Shown: positions 29,778 through 39,234, counted from the stretch's first letter. The stretch: 48,891 nt of DNA from Candidatus Multivoradales bacterium (GCA_965248925.1 CBDFLE010000003.1:1-48891); one strand, 5' to 3'. A program made the numbers and translations. Notes: generated by a model not told the origin, from the letters alone.

Positions 29778-29890
29778 TGGTTCAAGAAAACGTCCGTTTT
29801 CGAGAAGCCCCAGAAATCGAACCGGAGGTCTGTTAAAACGGGGGTTTTGTGTATCTCGAAAACCACTCTTGAAACGATCCTATCGAAATG
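29778..29890. promoter_or_regulatory. Probable res site of transposon B
   Basis: Palindrome tcaagaaaacgtccgttttcgaga and AT-rich subsites between the divergent tnpA and tnpR. Confidence 0.55.
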
Positions 29891-29922
29891 CAACCATGGT
29901 CGCGAGTTTCGAGAGGACCTAC

Positions 29923-30522
29923 ATGCAAATTGGATACGCCAGAGTTTCGACCGAAGACCAGAACCTCGAGCTCCAATTCCGGGCACTCGAGAAGGACGGT
30001 TGTGAGCGAATCTTCACCGACAAGCTTTCCGGGGCTCGAGCCAAGCGGCCGGGGCTCGACGAAGCGCTCTCTCATCTCCGAAAGGGCGACGTGCTCGTAG
30101 TTTGGAAGCTCGATCGGCTAGGCAGAAGCGTGCGCTCCCTCATCGAGCTGGTGGAGGGACTCGAGGCCAACGGCGTCCATTTTGCGAGCCTGACGGATGC
30201 GATCGACACGACGTCGCCGGCGGGCCGGTTCTTCTTCCACGTCATGGCGTCTCTGGCACAGATGGAGCGCGAACTCACGGTGGAACGCACGCGGGCCGGC
30301 TTGGCGGCGGCCAAGAAGCTCGGCCGTGTCGGCGGGCGACCGCGAAAAATGACGGCTGCGAAAGTAGAGTCCGCGAAAACACTGCTAGCTCAAGGCACGC
30401 CTGTTCGAGATGTCGCAGAAAGCCTCGCCGTCTCGGTTCCGACTCTCTACCGCTGGTTGCCCGCGGACCAGCGGACGGGCTCTGGAAGGGCGGTGGGTAA
30501 CCCCTCGCTGTCGGTGGACTAG
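29923..30522 (+). CDS. tnpR: Serine resolvase (TnpR)
   Basis: RBS GAGGA plus MQIGYARVST, VWKLDRLGRS, GGRP, C-terminal HTH. Confidence 0.93.
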   Translation: MQIGYARVSTEDQNLELQFRALEKDGCERIFTDKLSGARAKRPGLDEALSHLRKGDVLVVWKLDRLGRSVRSLIELVEGLEANGVHFASLTDAIDTTSPAGRFFFHVMASLAQMERELTVERTRAGLAAAKKLGRVGGRPRKMTAAKVESAKTLLAQGTPVRDVAESLAVSVPTLYRWLPADQRTGSGRAVGNPSLSVD

Positions 30523-30638
30523 GGGCTAATCTGAGGAGGGATAGCTGATGTCGAGTAAGAGTGCGAAGAGTATAAGCGAGGGGCAGACAACCGCCGCGAC
30601 CAGGTGGCCAGCCTCGACGAGGTGGAGAGGATTATCCT

Positions 30639-31229
30639 GTGAGCCGCGCTGAACTGGTTCTTGAGTACCTGACGGTCCTTCTCAGCGGGCCGCCTGTGGT
30701 GGCCGTGACGGTGTTTGTGCTCGTCTGCGTTTTTCGCGAGGACATCAAGGATCTGCTCGGCCGGGTCGCCCGGATCAAGTTTCCAGGCGGGGAGCTATCG
30801 ACACAGGCCGCCCGCGAAGAACAAAGCGGCGAGGAGAAAGCGCCGCCGAGTGTCAAGGCGAGCGCAGCCGACCTACCCAAAGGTGTGACGCTCACGCATG
30901 AGGATCAAGGCCGTATTGTTCAGCTCGTGCAGGCGCAGCGCGCCCAGGCGACGCTTTGGGAGTACCGCTATCTCGGCTACTACCTGGTGCCTGGAACGCA
31001 GCGCGTTCTGGACTGGCTCGCCGGCCTGCCGCAGGCGACGTCGATCGGGGCTTTTGATGCCTTCTGGTCGACGATCATCCCAACCGGCCGCGAGCGGGTC
31101 GCCATTATGGGGGCGCTCGAGCAGCATCACCTGGTGCAGCGCACCGGCGAGCTGGTCGAAGTCACGCCCAGGGGCCACGAGTACATCCAATGGCGCGGTC
31201 CTCTCGAGCTGCCGAGTGCAGACGAATAG
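30639..31229 (+). CDS. Hypothetical membrane-anchored passenger protein
   Basis: RBS GGAGAGG; N-terminal TM helix; C-terminal winged-helix-like ending (LVEVTPRGHEYI). Confidence 0.7.
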   Translation: MSRAELVLEYLTVLLSGPPVVAVTVFVLVCVFREDIKDLLGRVARIKFPGGELSTQAAREEQSGEEKAPPSVKASAADLPKGVTLTHEDQGRIVQLVQAQRAQATLWEYRYLGYYLVPGTQRVLDWLAGLPQATSIGAFDAFWSTIIPTGRERVAIMGALEQHHLVQRTGELVEVTPRGHEYIQWRGPLELPSADE

Positions 31230-31601
31230 CGAGCGGAAACATGGCGATGACTTTGGAGCAGCGCTATACGATCTCGGCGTGCTGCCGAGAAGTTCATCAC
31301 TGCCGACCGCACGAATCGAGAGGCACAGCACGAAAGGAGGCGCGCGCCGGCATGAGGACGCCTACCGTGAACATGACCCGGATGAGCCTTGCTTCGCGGT
31401 GGCGCTTCCCCCTGAATCAGACGAGGAGTTGCCAGGTAGCCTTCCAGTGGACCAGTGGTGACCGGTCTGTCAACGGTATTCCGACGCTGCGGATCGTTCG
31501 GGCTGGACTTCTTACAAGCGCTCGGCCGCCCGGAGCGCCATGATCGAGTCCTTTAAGCGGGGGGAAACCGTAACTTTTTACACGAATGCGCCCGCTACCC
31601 C

Positions 31602-32780
31602 ACATTGGTCCCCACCAAATGTCACGGCACCTCCGCGGCGCCGTCAGCGCCCACGAGATCTCCGCGCCAGGAAACCAACACATCACTGCCGCCAAACTCA
31701 ACCAGGCCAGCGCCGATGTCATCGATGCGTTCATGGGACTCGACGTCGCCCAGCTCTGGGGCGATGGCTCGAAAGTCGGCGCGGATGGAACCCAAATCGA
31801 CACCTGGGACGATAACCTCCTCGCCGAAACCTCTGTCCGTTACGGCGGATACGGAGGCATTGCGTACCGTCACATCTCCGACACCTACATCGCCCTGTTC
31901 TCCCACTTCATCCCATGCGGCGTGTGGGAAGCCGTGTTCATCTTTGCCGGGCTGCTCAAGAACGAATCGAAGACGATCGAGCCTGAAGAGATCCATGCCG
32001 ATACCCAAGGCCAATCGTTGCCGGCGTTCGGGCTCGCAACCATGCTCGGCGTCGAGCTGCTCCCACGGATCCGGAACTGGAAAGACCTCATCTTCTACCG
32101 GCCAAACGCCGACAGCCGCTACGACCACATCGACATACTCTTCGGCAAAAGCGAAGTCATCGACTGGAAGCTGATCGAAACCCACTGGATCGATCTCATG
32201 CGCGTCGTCATCTCCATCCGCCAAGGCCGCATCTCATCATCAGCGCTGCTGCGACGACTCGGAAACCACTCCCGCAAGAACCGGATCTACAAGGCCTTCC
32301 GAGAACTCGGCCGAGCCATCCGCACCACCGTGCTGCTCAGATACCTCTCACAAACCGAACTTCGAGACAGCATCACCGTTGTCACCAACCGCGTCGAGTC
32401 ATTCCATAACTTCTCGAAATGGCTGTCGTTCGGCAACGCCGGCATCATCGCCGACAACGACCCCGACCACATGGAGAAAATCATCAAGTTCAACGAGCTG
32501 CTCGCCAACTGCGTCATCTTCTACAACGCCGCCCAGCTCACCAACGTTCTCAACCAACTCGCTAGTGAAGGCCAGCCCGCCGAACGAGACGACGTCGCCG
32601 CCTTGTCGCCATACACCACCAAACACGTCCTTCGATTCGGCGACTACGTCCTCGACCTCACACCACCAAGCGAAGTAATCAACGGACACCTTCATCTACA
32701 CACCGACACCGCAGAACCCACCCTCGGTACACAACCCAAGGTTTGAATGGCGGGTTTCGGCCGTATTCCGGTCGTCCCCC
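31602..32780 (+). pseudogene. tnpA: Truncated second copy of transposon A (3' part of tnpA plus right IR)
   Basis: 1179 bp apparently identical to 11176-12354, starting immediately at the right IR of transposon B. Confidence 0.93.
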
Positions 32781-33057
32781 TCCTTGAGCACCCTCGGGCC
32801 GTGAGTGAGTTGGTCATGCCGCGGCCTTGAGCGGGATTTCAGCAGCGGGGCCTGTTCCGGGGCGTTGGGGCTGTGTGATTCTCCCTTGCTAGGCTCATGA
32901 GTGCTTATGTACAATGTGCGGCGCAGCGTTGCCCGAATCAGCTTGGATTTTTCCAAGGGGTGGCGATGTGACAATTAACCGGAAGTGCCTGCAGGGCACA
33001 CATTCGACAAACTAGGCCCTGCGAGCGCGCTTCCCTGACAAAGGGAGGAAGCTCTCA

Positions 33058-33264
33058 ATGAGCGATCTAGTGCCCTCAGATCGGTCCCCGCCCCACGAAC
33101 CTCTCCCCAGGCAGCCCCCTCGCGGCTTCAAGCTTAAGTTTCAGATCTCGGGCTTTTGGCCTAGAAGCAGATCTTTGCCTAGGAGGAAGTCTCTACTGCG
33201 ACTTCTTCTAGTGATCCTGGGAATCCTGTTGCCCCTGATGGCTCGGGTCCTGGACTGGATCTAA
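33058..33264 (+). CDS. Small hypothetical membrane protein
   Basis: RBS GGGAGG; 68 aa with a C-terminal hydrophobic helix. Confidence 0.45.
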   Translation: MSDLVPSDRSPPHEPLPRQPPRGFKLKFQISGFWPRSRSLPRRKSLLRLLLVILGILLPLMARVLDWI

Positions 33265-33278
33265 GCTGCTTGAAATGC

Positions 33279-33312
33279 AAAAAACCCGTCCGCGGAATCA
33301 GTCGCGGGCGGG
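33279..33312 (-). terminator. Intrinsic terminator-like hairpin
   Basis: Minus strand cccgcccgcg-loop-cgcggacggg followed by T6. Confidence 0.5.
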
Positions 33313-33587
33313 TCCTTGTCTGCTGGTGAATGCCTGTAGGGCACACATCCGACACTACAAGGAACACCAAAAGGAGAGTTTTTGGTGGGTCCAGAAGGAA
33401 AAAAAGTGCGCCCGGAAGCCGAAGGGATCTTCGCAGAACCTTCTTTGAAGGAAGCTGCCCTTGTGTGTTGCCCCCAACATGGCGGAGGTGGCCACCGACC
33501 TAGTCCATCAGCCCGAAATGACCATATAGGGCTGCAAAACCAGGAGCTAGCGTCCAATCGAGCGATCGAGGGTGAGGATCGCCTCAT

Positions 33588-34148
33588 ATGAACGCGGAAA
33601 AGGAGGCGAGCTTTCGGAAGCTGTACGACCATCACTACCGGGATGTTGTCGCGTGGCTTCGTCGTCGCGGAATGGATCGCGCCATGGCGCAGGATGTGTC
33701 CCAAGAGGTATTCATTCGCGTCTACAAGGGGTTAGATGGTTTTGAAGGCACTCATTCTTGGCCGTGGATCAGAGTCATCGCCAAGAACGCTTGGGCGAAC
33801 TGGCTACGGGATCGAGCAACACAAAAGCGGGGTATGGAAGTAACCACGCTCGATGAAGTTCCCGAACTTGACTTTGACGCGACCACACTGTGGGGTTCAC
33901 GAACACCTTCTCCAGAAGAAAAGGCTTCTTGGAACGAGAAACTCGCACGTTTGAACAAGATCCTCGGTACGTTTCCAAAACGTAGCTGTGAGGTGTTTCT
34001 CTTGCGCTATCGCGATGGGATGAAGTACCGGGAAGTGGCACTTCATTTGGGTATTTCGATCGACACGGTCAAGTCTCATCTTCATCAAGCCCGCCAGCGT
34101 ATCCGAGAAGCAGATCTCGAAGGTCTAGACGAGGAACACCAAGATTGA
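33588..34148 (+). CDS. ECF-type sigma-70 factor
   Basis: AQDVSQEVFIRVY (region 2), WIRVIAKN, and region 4 YREVALHLGISIDTVKSHLHQAR. Confidence 0.92.
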   Translation: MNAEKEASFRKLYDHHYRDVVAWLRRRGMDRAMAQDVSQEVFIRVYKGLDGFEGTHSWPWIRVIAKNAWANWLRDRATQKRGMEVTTLDEVPELDFDATTLWGSRTPSPEEKASWNEKLARLNKILGTFPKRSCEVFLLRYRDGMKYREVALHLGISIDTVKSHLHQARQRIREADLEGLDEEHQD

Positions 34149-34156
34149 TTGAGGCG

Positions 34157-35448
34157 AGGGTAGCGCCCAGAATCGTGCGGATTTATACCCTAAGCGGTCG
34201 CGCTCCCTCGTCCGCTAGCTCCGGACCAGGTGAGCTGGTATTCGCCGTAGAGCAGGACGTTGTCTCAGGAGATCGGGCATGCGGAGGTCCAGCGCGTCCT
34301 TGGCCTCGCCCGGATCGCCCAGCACTCCGGTTCCAGCGCACTAGTCTAAGATGGGACGGGAGGCACGAGAATGGTTGAACGTAGAAGCATGGTGGAGCAG
34401 CTGCGAGAGGAGCTCTTGGACGATGAGACAAGCCTCTGTCGAGCCCTTCGCCGTGCGGTCGTCCTCGCGCATTCTCTAGACAACGCGCCGTTCAAGCAGT
34501 GGGTAGAAGGGGAACTCGAGGGATATGGGGGCGGCAAACCAGTGCCGGCGTATCGCTGTCTGTCGTCACCGATTCTTGCGACAATCACGAACGGCGTCGC
34601 AATCGTGAAACGACAGCCGTTGGCGCTCGACGGCTTTACGCCAGAGATGAAGGACAGCCTCAAGACGCTCTACCTGCGGTACCCGGTCGGGGAGCTTGAG
34701 CATCTGGCGGCCGGCGGCTCCGAAGACCTGAAGGAATTCTGGCCAGGCGACTTGGTCCGTCTTGCGCATCAGCTGCTGACGAGCTTGGCTGATGGCGCGA
34801 TGCTGATGGAGGTCTACCGGCCCATCCCGCAGCATGCAATTCGAGGTGCCCTCGAAGCTGTCAGAAACAAGCTCCTGCAGTTCGTCCTCGAGCTTGAGAG
34901 GTGGCCCACGGATGCACCCCTGGAACCGGTCCACCAACGAGAGCTCGCACAGCACATCACCAACAACATCTACGGTGGCCAGAACGCCATCGCCAGCGGA
35001 AGCGGTTTCAGCCAGTCCGTTCAGATGGTCTCGGAAGGCGATCTCGGCTCCCTGCGCAAGGCGCTCGAGGATCTGGGCCTTCCAGGCGAGGAAGTAGACG
35101 CGGGGGTGGCTGCAGCCGAGAAGGACGGGACGCCAGGAGGCGGGAGACTTGGCCCTCGGGTTGGGAAGTGGTGCGCCTCCCTCATGGAGAAGGCCCTGAC
35201 GGGGGCGGTGGTCGGAATCGGGCGGGCCGAAGCCGAGGCGGCCATCCAGGTCGCCCGGCAGTTCTACGGGCTCTAGCGCGCAGCGAAGCCCCGATTCTCA
35301 GCGCAGAAGGCTTGTTCTGCGCTGAGCTTGCGCCCGACTCGTCGCAGAATTCACACTGATTCGGCCTCATAGCGCCCCGAATTCTATTCGCAGAATCATT
35401 AGTGTTCGAACTTAGCGTATAAATTCTCACGATTCTGGGCGCTACCCT
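34157..35448. mobile_element. Non-autonomous Tn3-type mini-element (1292 bp) with 5-bp TSD
   Basis: 38-bp IRs 34157-34194 and 35411-35448 (35/38, ending TAAG); direct repeat AGGCG at 34152-34156 and 35449-35453; no transposase inside. Confidence 0.88.
34371..35276 (+). CDS. AbiTii-domain protein
   Basis: N-terminal SL..ALRRA..LA..L....F..WV..ELEGY......P.YR pattern of the AbiTii family; RBS GGGAGG. Confidence 0.8.
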   Translation: MVERRSMVEQLREELLDDETSLCRALRRAVVLAHSLDNAPFKQWVEGELEGYGGGKPVPAYRCLSSPILATITNGVAIVKRQPLALDGFTPEMKDSLKTLYLRYPVGELEHLAAGGSEDLKEFWPGDLVRLAHQLLTSLADGAMLMEVYRPIPQHAIRGALEAVRNKLLQFVLELERWPTDAPLEPVHQRELAQHITNNIYGGQNAIASGSGFSQSVQMVSEGDLGSLRKALEDLGLPGEEVDAGVAAAEKDGTPGGGRLGPRVGKWCASLMEKALTGAVVGIGRAEAEAAIQVARQFYGL

Positions 35449-35455
35449 AGGCGAC

Positions 35456-35755
35456 GTGAATTCCCTTCCCCCCCACCCATCCGTTAATATAGAATTTACG
35501 GAAGTGAGAGCCACAACACACAGCCCACAAGGACCCCCCGGCGAGCAGCTCCCGCTCTGCGAGGCGCCGCGACTCGCTGACCCCTGGGGCCAGCGATGGG
35601 CCGTCAAGAGCCGATCGCGGCCCGATACGGTCTACACCGTCGCACTCTCGGCCGGCGGCCGGCAGTGGGGATGTAGCTGCCCCAGCTGGATCTATCGCCG
35701 CGCTCGCTGCCCACATATCCGGCAGGTGCAACGCTCCGGGGAGCTAGGGCCGTGA
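35456..35755 (+). CDS. Small SWIM zinc-finger protein
   Basis: W.V.S.S....YTV.......WGCSCPSW..R...CPHI (CxC..CxH); GTGA-coupled to the integrase; start may be GTG 35504. Confidence 0.7.
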   Translation: MNSLPPHPSVNIEFTEVRATTHSPQGPPGEQLPLCEAPRLADPWGQRWAVKSRSRPDTVYTVALSAGGRQWGCSCPSWIYRRARCPHIRQVQRSGELGP

Positions 35756-36864
35756 CCCGGCGATCGACGGTAGAGCCCGAGGTCTTGAGCGTCGAGGTCC
35801 TCGACCTGGTCGACCCGAGGGAGGGTGGCCAGCGGCGGGCCGAGGAACGCGCCGAGCTGGTGGCCACGGACGCCCAGCGGCGGGCCGAGGAGTTCATCCG
35901 CGAGCAGATCCCGGAGGGCACCCGCAAGGCGCGGCTGAAGGCCAGGCGCTATTGGGTGGCCTGGCTACGGCTCGCCCACGGCCTCGAGGAGCATTACCCG
36001 GTCGCGCCGGCGCTGTTGTTGGATTTCATCGAGAGCCACCTCAACGGCCTGCCCGAGGCCGTAGACACCGCCCTACAGGCCGAAGGCCGCAAGCGGCCGG
36101 GTACGCATACCCTGGCGACGATCGAGGCCCGTGTGAGCCATCTGAGCAAAGCGCACCAGGCCACGGGGTGCGAGTCGCCGGCCACCGATCCGCGATGCCG
36201 CGAGCTGCTCGCCGCGGCGCGCCGGCAACGCGCGCGGAAGGGAGGCCAGCTGCAGAAGAAAGCGCTCACCCTCGATCTGCTGGAGAAGCTCTTGCGGACC
36301 TGTGAGGTGGATATCGAGGTGGGTGATGCGCGCGATCGGCTCGCCGCTTACCGCGACCGGGCTCTACTCCTGGTGACCTGGGCCGCCGGCGGTCGCCGGC
36401 GCTCCGAGGCCGTGTCCCTCTGCGTCGAAGATCTCCGCAACGACGCTGGCGAATATGTTTGGACGCTCGGCCACTCCAAGACCAACCAAGACGGCAGCGG
36501 CCAGGAGACCTACCCCATCGCCGGCCGCGCGGCCGAGGCGCTAACCGCCTGGCTCCAGATCGCCGGCATCTCGGCCGGGGCGGTGTTTCGCGCCATCGAT
36601 CGCCATGGCCATCTCGCCAGCCGCGCCATGGTGCCGCGCTCCCTGGCCGAGATCGTCAAGTACCGGGCCGGGCGAGCTGGACTCGATCCGGCCGACTACA
36701 GCGGCCATTCGTTGAGGTCGGGGTTTGTCACCAGCGCCGGCCGGGCCGGGGTCAGCCTGCAGGAGGTGATGCAGCTCTCAGGACACCGCACACCCGCCGT
36801 GGCCATGCGCTACCATCAGGCTGGCGACGTGCTCCGGTCCAGGGCTGCGAGGCTGGCAGGCTAG
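35752..36864 (+). CDS. Tyrosine recombinase (Cre-like phage integrase family)
   Basis: RDRALL...GRRRSE, HSKTNQ, GHSLRSGF, SGHR...MRY catalytic set. Confidence 0.92.
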   Translation: MTRRSTVEPEVLSVEVLDLVDPREGGQRRAEERAELVATDAQRRAEEFIREQIPEGTRKARLKARRYWVAWLRLAHGLEEHYPVAPALLLDFIESHLNGLPEAVDTALQAEGRKRPGTHTLATIEARVSHLSKAHQATGCESPATDPRCRELLAAARRQRARKGGQLQKKALTLDLLEKLLRTCEVDIEVGDARDRLAAYRDRALLLVTWAAGGRRRSEAVSLCVEDLRNDAGEYVWTLGHSKTNQDGSGQETYPIAGRAAEALTAWLQIAGISAGAVFRAIDRHGHLASRAMVPRSLAEIVKYRAGRAGLDPADYSGHSLRSGFVTSAGRAGVSLQEVMQLSGHRTPAVAMRYHQAGDVLRSRAARLAG

Positions 36865-36911
36865 AGAGCCAGAGACAATTCACCGGCCGACGATCGACGA
36901 AACAGAGGTCT

Positions 36912-37247
36912 ATGATGACGTTCAAGGATGGCGAGCAACGATCCGCCGCGGCCGCGGCGATCATCCACCGAATCCACAAACCCCTGCCCTGGCCACCGGA
37001 CGAAACCGAGCCCGTCTTGACCGGCGCTGAGCGGGTACTGTGGCTCACGGCCGAGGCGATCGAGTACGGCACGGCTGGCCCCGTTCTAGCCGAGCTGGAC
37101 CGACTCGACCCTAGCAACCTACGGGCGGTCGGTGAGCTGCTCTGTGCCGTCGCCGAGGACTCCGGACTCCTACCCGAGCAGCCGCGACACGCCGTGGCCG
37201 CCTGGCTCGACCGCCAGGCAGCAGAGCACACGATCACTACCGCCTGA
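36912..37247 (+). CDS. Hypothetical helical protein, similar to the C-terminal domain of 7001-7795
   Basis: RBS GAGG plus MMTFKDGEQR; ERVLWLTAEAI...LAELD compares with ERVVTLAAWAI...FSEIL. Confidence 0.6.
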   Translation: MMTFKDGEQRSAAAAAIIHRIHKPLPWPPDETEPVLTGAERVLWLTAEAIEYGTAGPVLAELDRLDPSNLRAVGELLCAVAEDSGLLPEQPRHAVAAWLDRQAAEHTITTA

Positions 37248-37260
37248 CGCATAACGCTCA

Positions 37261-37364
37261 GGCCGACAGCGGGCACTCGTTGAAGTCGGGATTTGTCACC
37301 TCGGGCGGGAGTCAGCTTGCAGGAAGTGATGCAGCTGTCCGGGCACCGCACGCCAGCCATGGCC
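37261..37364 (+). pseudogene. Degenerate integrase 3' fragment
   Basis: Encodes SGHSLKSGFVT...GVSLQEVMQLSGHRTPAMA; truncated by the IR at 37371. Confidence 0.75.
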
Positions 37365-37370
37365 GGTGGC

Positions 37371-37644
37371 CTTAGCGTAGGTTTTCGGTCCGTTGTTCCT
37401 CGACCCCCGATTCTACGCCCTCTTTCGCTCGGCCCCACACTTGGCGACCCTCCGTCAAGCAAAAAGGCACGGTAAGGGGCCGATTCGAGGCTCGACGCAG
37501 GGGGCTTACCGTACCTTTTCGCACGCTCGAGGCTGGAGCCCCCGTTGGACCCCCATCTCTACAGAATCTAACGCTAAGACCTCCGCTTCTGCCCTGCTAC
37601 CGCCTGCTTAGAGTGAATTTCTGTAGCTTCGGGCCTGATACCCC
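37371..37644 (-). repeat. Stack of three Tn3-type right-end IRs (37371-37408, 37505-37542, 37607-37644)
   Basis: Each reads CTTA...CCCC over 38 bp. Confidence 0.7.
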
Positions 37645-38002
37645 AAGAAGCACCCCCCGACCACGGGGACGCGCCGATCACAGCGACCTCAGCCGCCTGG
37701 CGGATTCGTCGCGGGGTTGTCTGGGGCTCGCCAGCTCTATTTTCCTTCGACCCCTACCCCACCGACACGCCCCGCGGGCGCATGCGTTCTCACGAACGGC
37801 GCTAATTGAGGGGGGGGGTCACAGGATATTCCTGTCACGTTTTTTACTCCTTTATTAAGAAATAGACCCCCCTCCCCCTAATCGACTAATGCGCATGGGT
37901 CTGAGCCCGCGGGGCTGTCTGCCCGGGGTGGGGGTGAATATCTCGCGCCGGGAATCCTCCCCTCCCGCATCTCCACCACCCGGCAGCCTCACTCTTGCGC
38001 CG

Positions 38003-38170
38003 AGCGCGCCGGGCTCGACCCGGCCGACTACAGCGGCCACTCCCTGGGGTCTGGCTTCGTCACCACCGCCGGCCGGCCGGGGGTCAGCCTGCAGGAGGTC
38101 ATGCCCCTCTCAGAGCACCGCACGCCAGCCGTGGCCGGTGGCCTTAGCGTAGTTTCTCGGTCCGGTGATT
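38003..38170 (+). pseudogene. Degenerate integrase 3' fragment plus decayed IR
   Basis: AGLDPADYSGHSLGSGFVTTAG..GVSLQEVM..., followed by the same gccggtggccttagcgtag junction as at 37361-37380. Confidence 0.75.
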
Positions 38171-38314
38171 GTCGAAGGCCAGAATTGCTAGGACTCTGGG
38201 CACTGCCAGTATGCAAAAGTAAGCCAGGCGATCGGGAATCAATGATGACTTTTGTTAAGTCTGCGGCCGGATTGGGTGGCGGGTCGACGCCGCGCCCCGA
38301 CCGGGTAATCAATA

Positions 38315-38818
38315 ATGACTTTTAGTAACTATTCGAGCGTTTGGGGCGAGCGGCGCCGCCGCTGCTCTGAGACCTGCCGCGACGGTCGGCGCTGCTATGC
38401 CGGGATCTACGCCGGCGGGCGGTGTGTGGCCCATCAACCCGGCTGGAACGACCGCGAGCCGCAAGGCCGACTGCCCACCCAGGCCGACGCCGCCGAGGGC
38501 CTCGGCCTGACCGTCGCTGTGATGCCCGGCGGGTACTGTGGGCAAGAGCATCGAGTTATCGTCTGCCGTGGCACGAACAAGGCCGGCGAGCCCTGCCGGC
38601 GCTCCGCGGCCCTCTCGGGTTACTGCTGGCAGCACGACCCCGACCCACAGCGAGCCGCTGAGCGTGAGAAGAGCCGCGAGCGGCCCGACACCAGGCGCTT
38701 ACCGGACGGGCGCCGCTGGTGCTTGACCCACGACTGCGAGCGGCCCTGTAAGGAGTGCGGCACCGAGGGTATTGGCGGCGCTGGCCGAGGGCAGGGGCGC
38801 AAGCCGAAGGCCGCATGA
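38315..38818 (+). CDS. Cys-rich zinc-finger protein (DUF5763-like C-x9-C-x8-C-x2-H repeats)
   Basis: CSETCRDGRRC...CVAH, CRGTNKAGEPC...GYCWQH, CLTHDCERPCKEC. Confidence 0.65.
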   Translation: MTFSNYSSVWGERRRRCSETCRDGRRCYAGIYAGGRCVAHQPGWNDREPQGRLPTQADAAEGLGLTVAVMPGGYCGQEHRVIVCRGTNKAGEPCRRSAALSGYCWQHDPDPQRAAEREKSRERPDTRRLPDGRRWCLTHDCERPCKECGTEGIGGAGRGQGRKPKAA

Positions 38819-39234
38819 TGATCCCGCCACAGCATGCGCGGCTGCCATCGCAGCTCGACGAATTCGACCTCGACCAGCTTCTACGGGCCGCCGGCCGCGC
38901 GGCCGAGGCACTGACCGCCTGGCTCCGGATCGCCGGCATCTCGGCCGGGGCGGTCTTTCGCGCCATCGATCGCCATGGCCATCTCGCCGGCCGCGCCATG
39001 GTGCCGCGCTCCCTGGCCGAGATCGTCAAGTACCGGGCCGGGCGAGCTGGACTCGATCCGGCCGACTACAGCGGCCATTCGTTGAGGTCGGGGTTTGTCA
39101 CCAGCGCCGGCCGGGCCGGGGTCAGCCTGCAGGAGGTGATGCAGCTCTCAGGACACCGCACACCCGCCGTGGCCATGCGCTACCATCAGGCTGGCGACGT
39201 GCTCCGGTCCAGAGCCGCGCGGCTGGCGGCCTAG
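38815..39234 (+). CDS. Truncated tyrosine recombinase (C-terminal catalytic half only)
   Basis: 38889-39234 is nearly identical to 36519-36864, is in frame and is ATGA-coupled to the zinc-finger gene. Confidence 0.7.
   Translation: MMIPPQHARLPSQLDEFDLDQLLRAAGRAAEALTAWLRIAGISAGAVFRAIDRHGHLAGRAMVPRSLAEIVKYRAGRAGLDPADYSGHSLRSGFVTSAGRAGVSLQEVMQLSGHRTPAVAMRYHQAGDVLRSRAARLAA

Larger units (their letters stand above)
26716..31601. mobile_element. Tn3-family transposon B (divergent tnpA/tnpR, one passenger gene)
   Basis: 38-bp IRs ggggtagcgggcgcattcgtg(c/t)aaaaagttacggtttc at 26716-26753 and 31564-31601 (37/38). Flanks agctt/acatt do not match. Confidence 0.92.

Noticed and set aside
31586-32746. 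386-aa ORF as a functional transposase
   Set aside because: It starts inside transposon B's IR and is only the 3' third of tnpA A.
36459-36911. N-terminal extension of track ORF 36459-37247
   Set aside because: It overlaps the integrase in another frame; the RBS supports a start at 36912.
36912-38330. Recurring atgatgac(g/t)tt / MTF starts after integrase tails as an att core
   Set aside because: Only about 10 bp, variably spaced and absent after the other tails; too weak to call.
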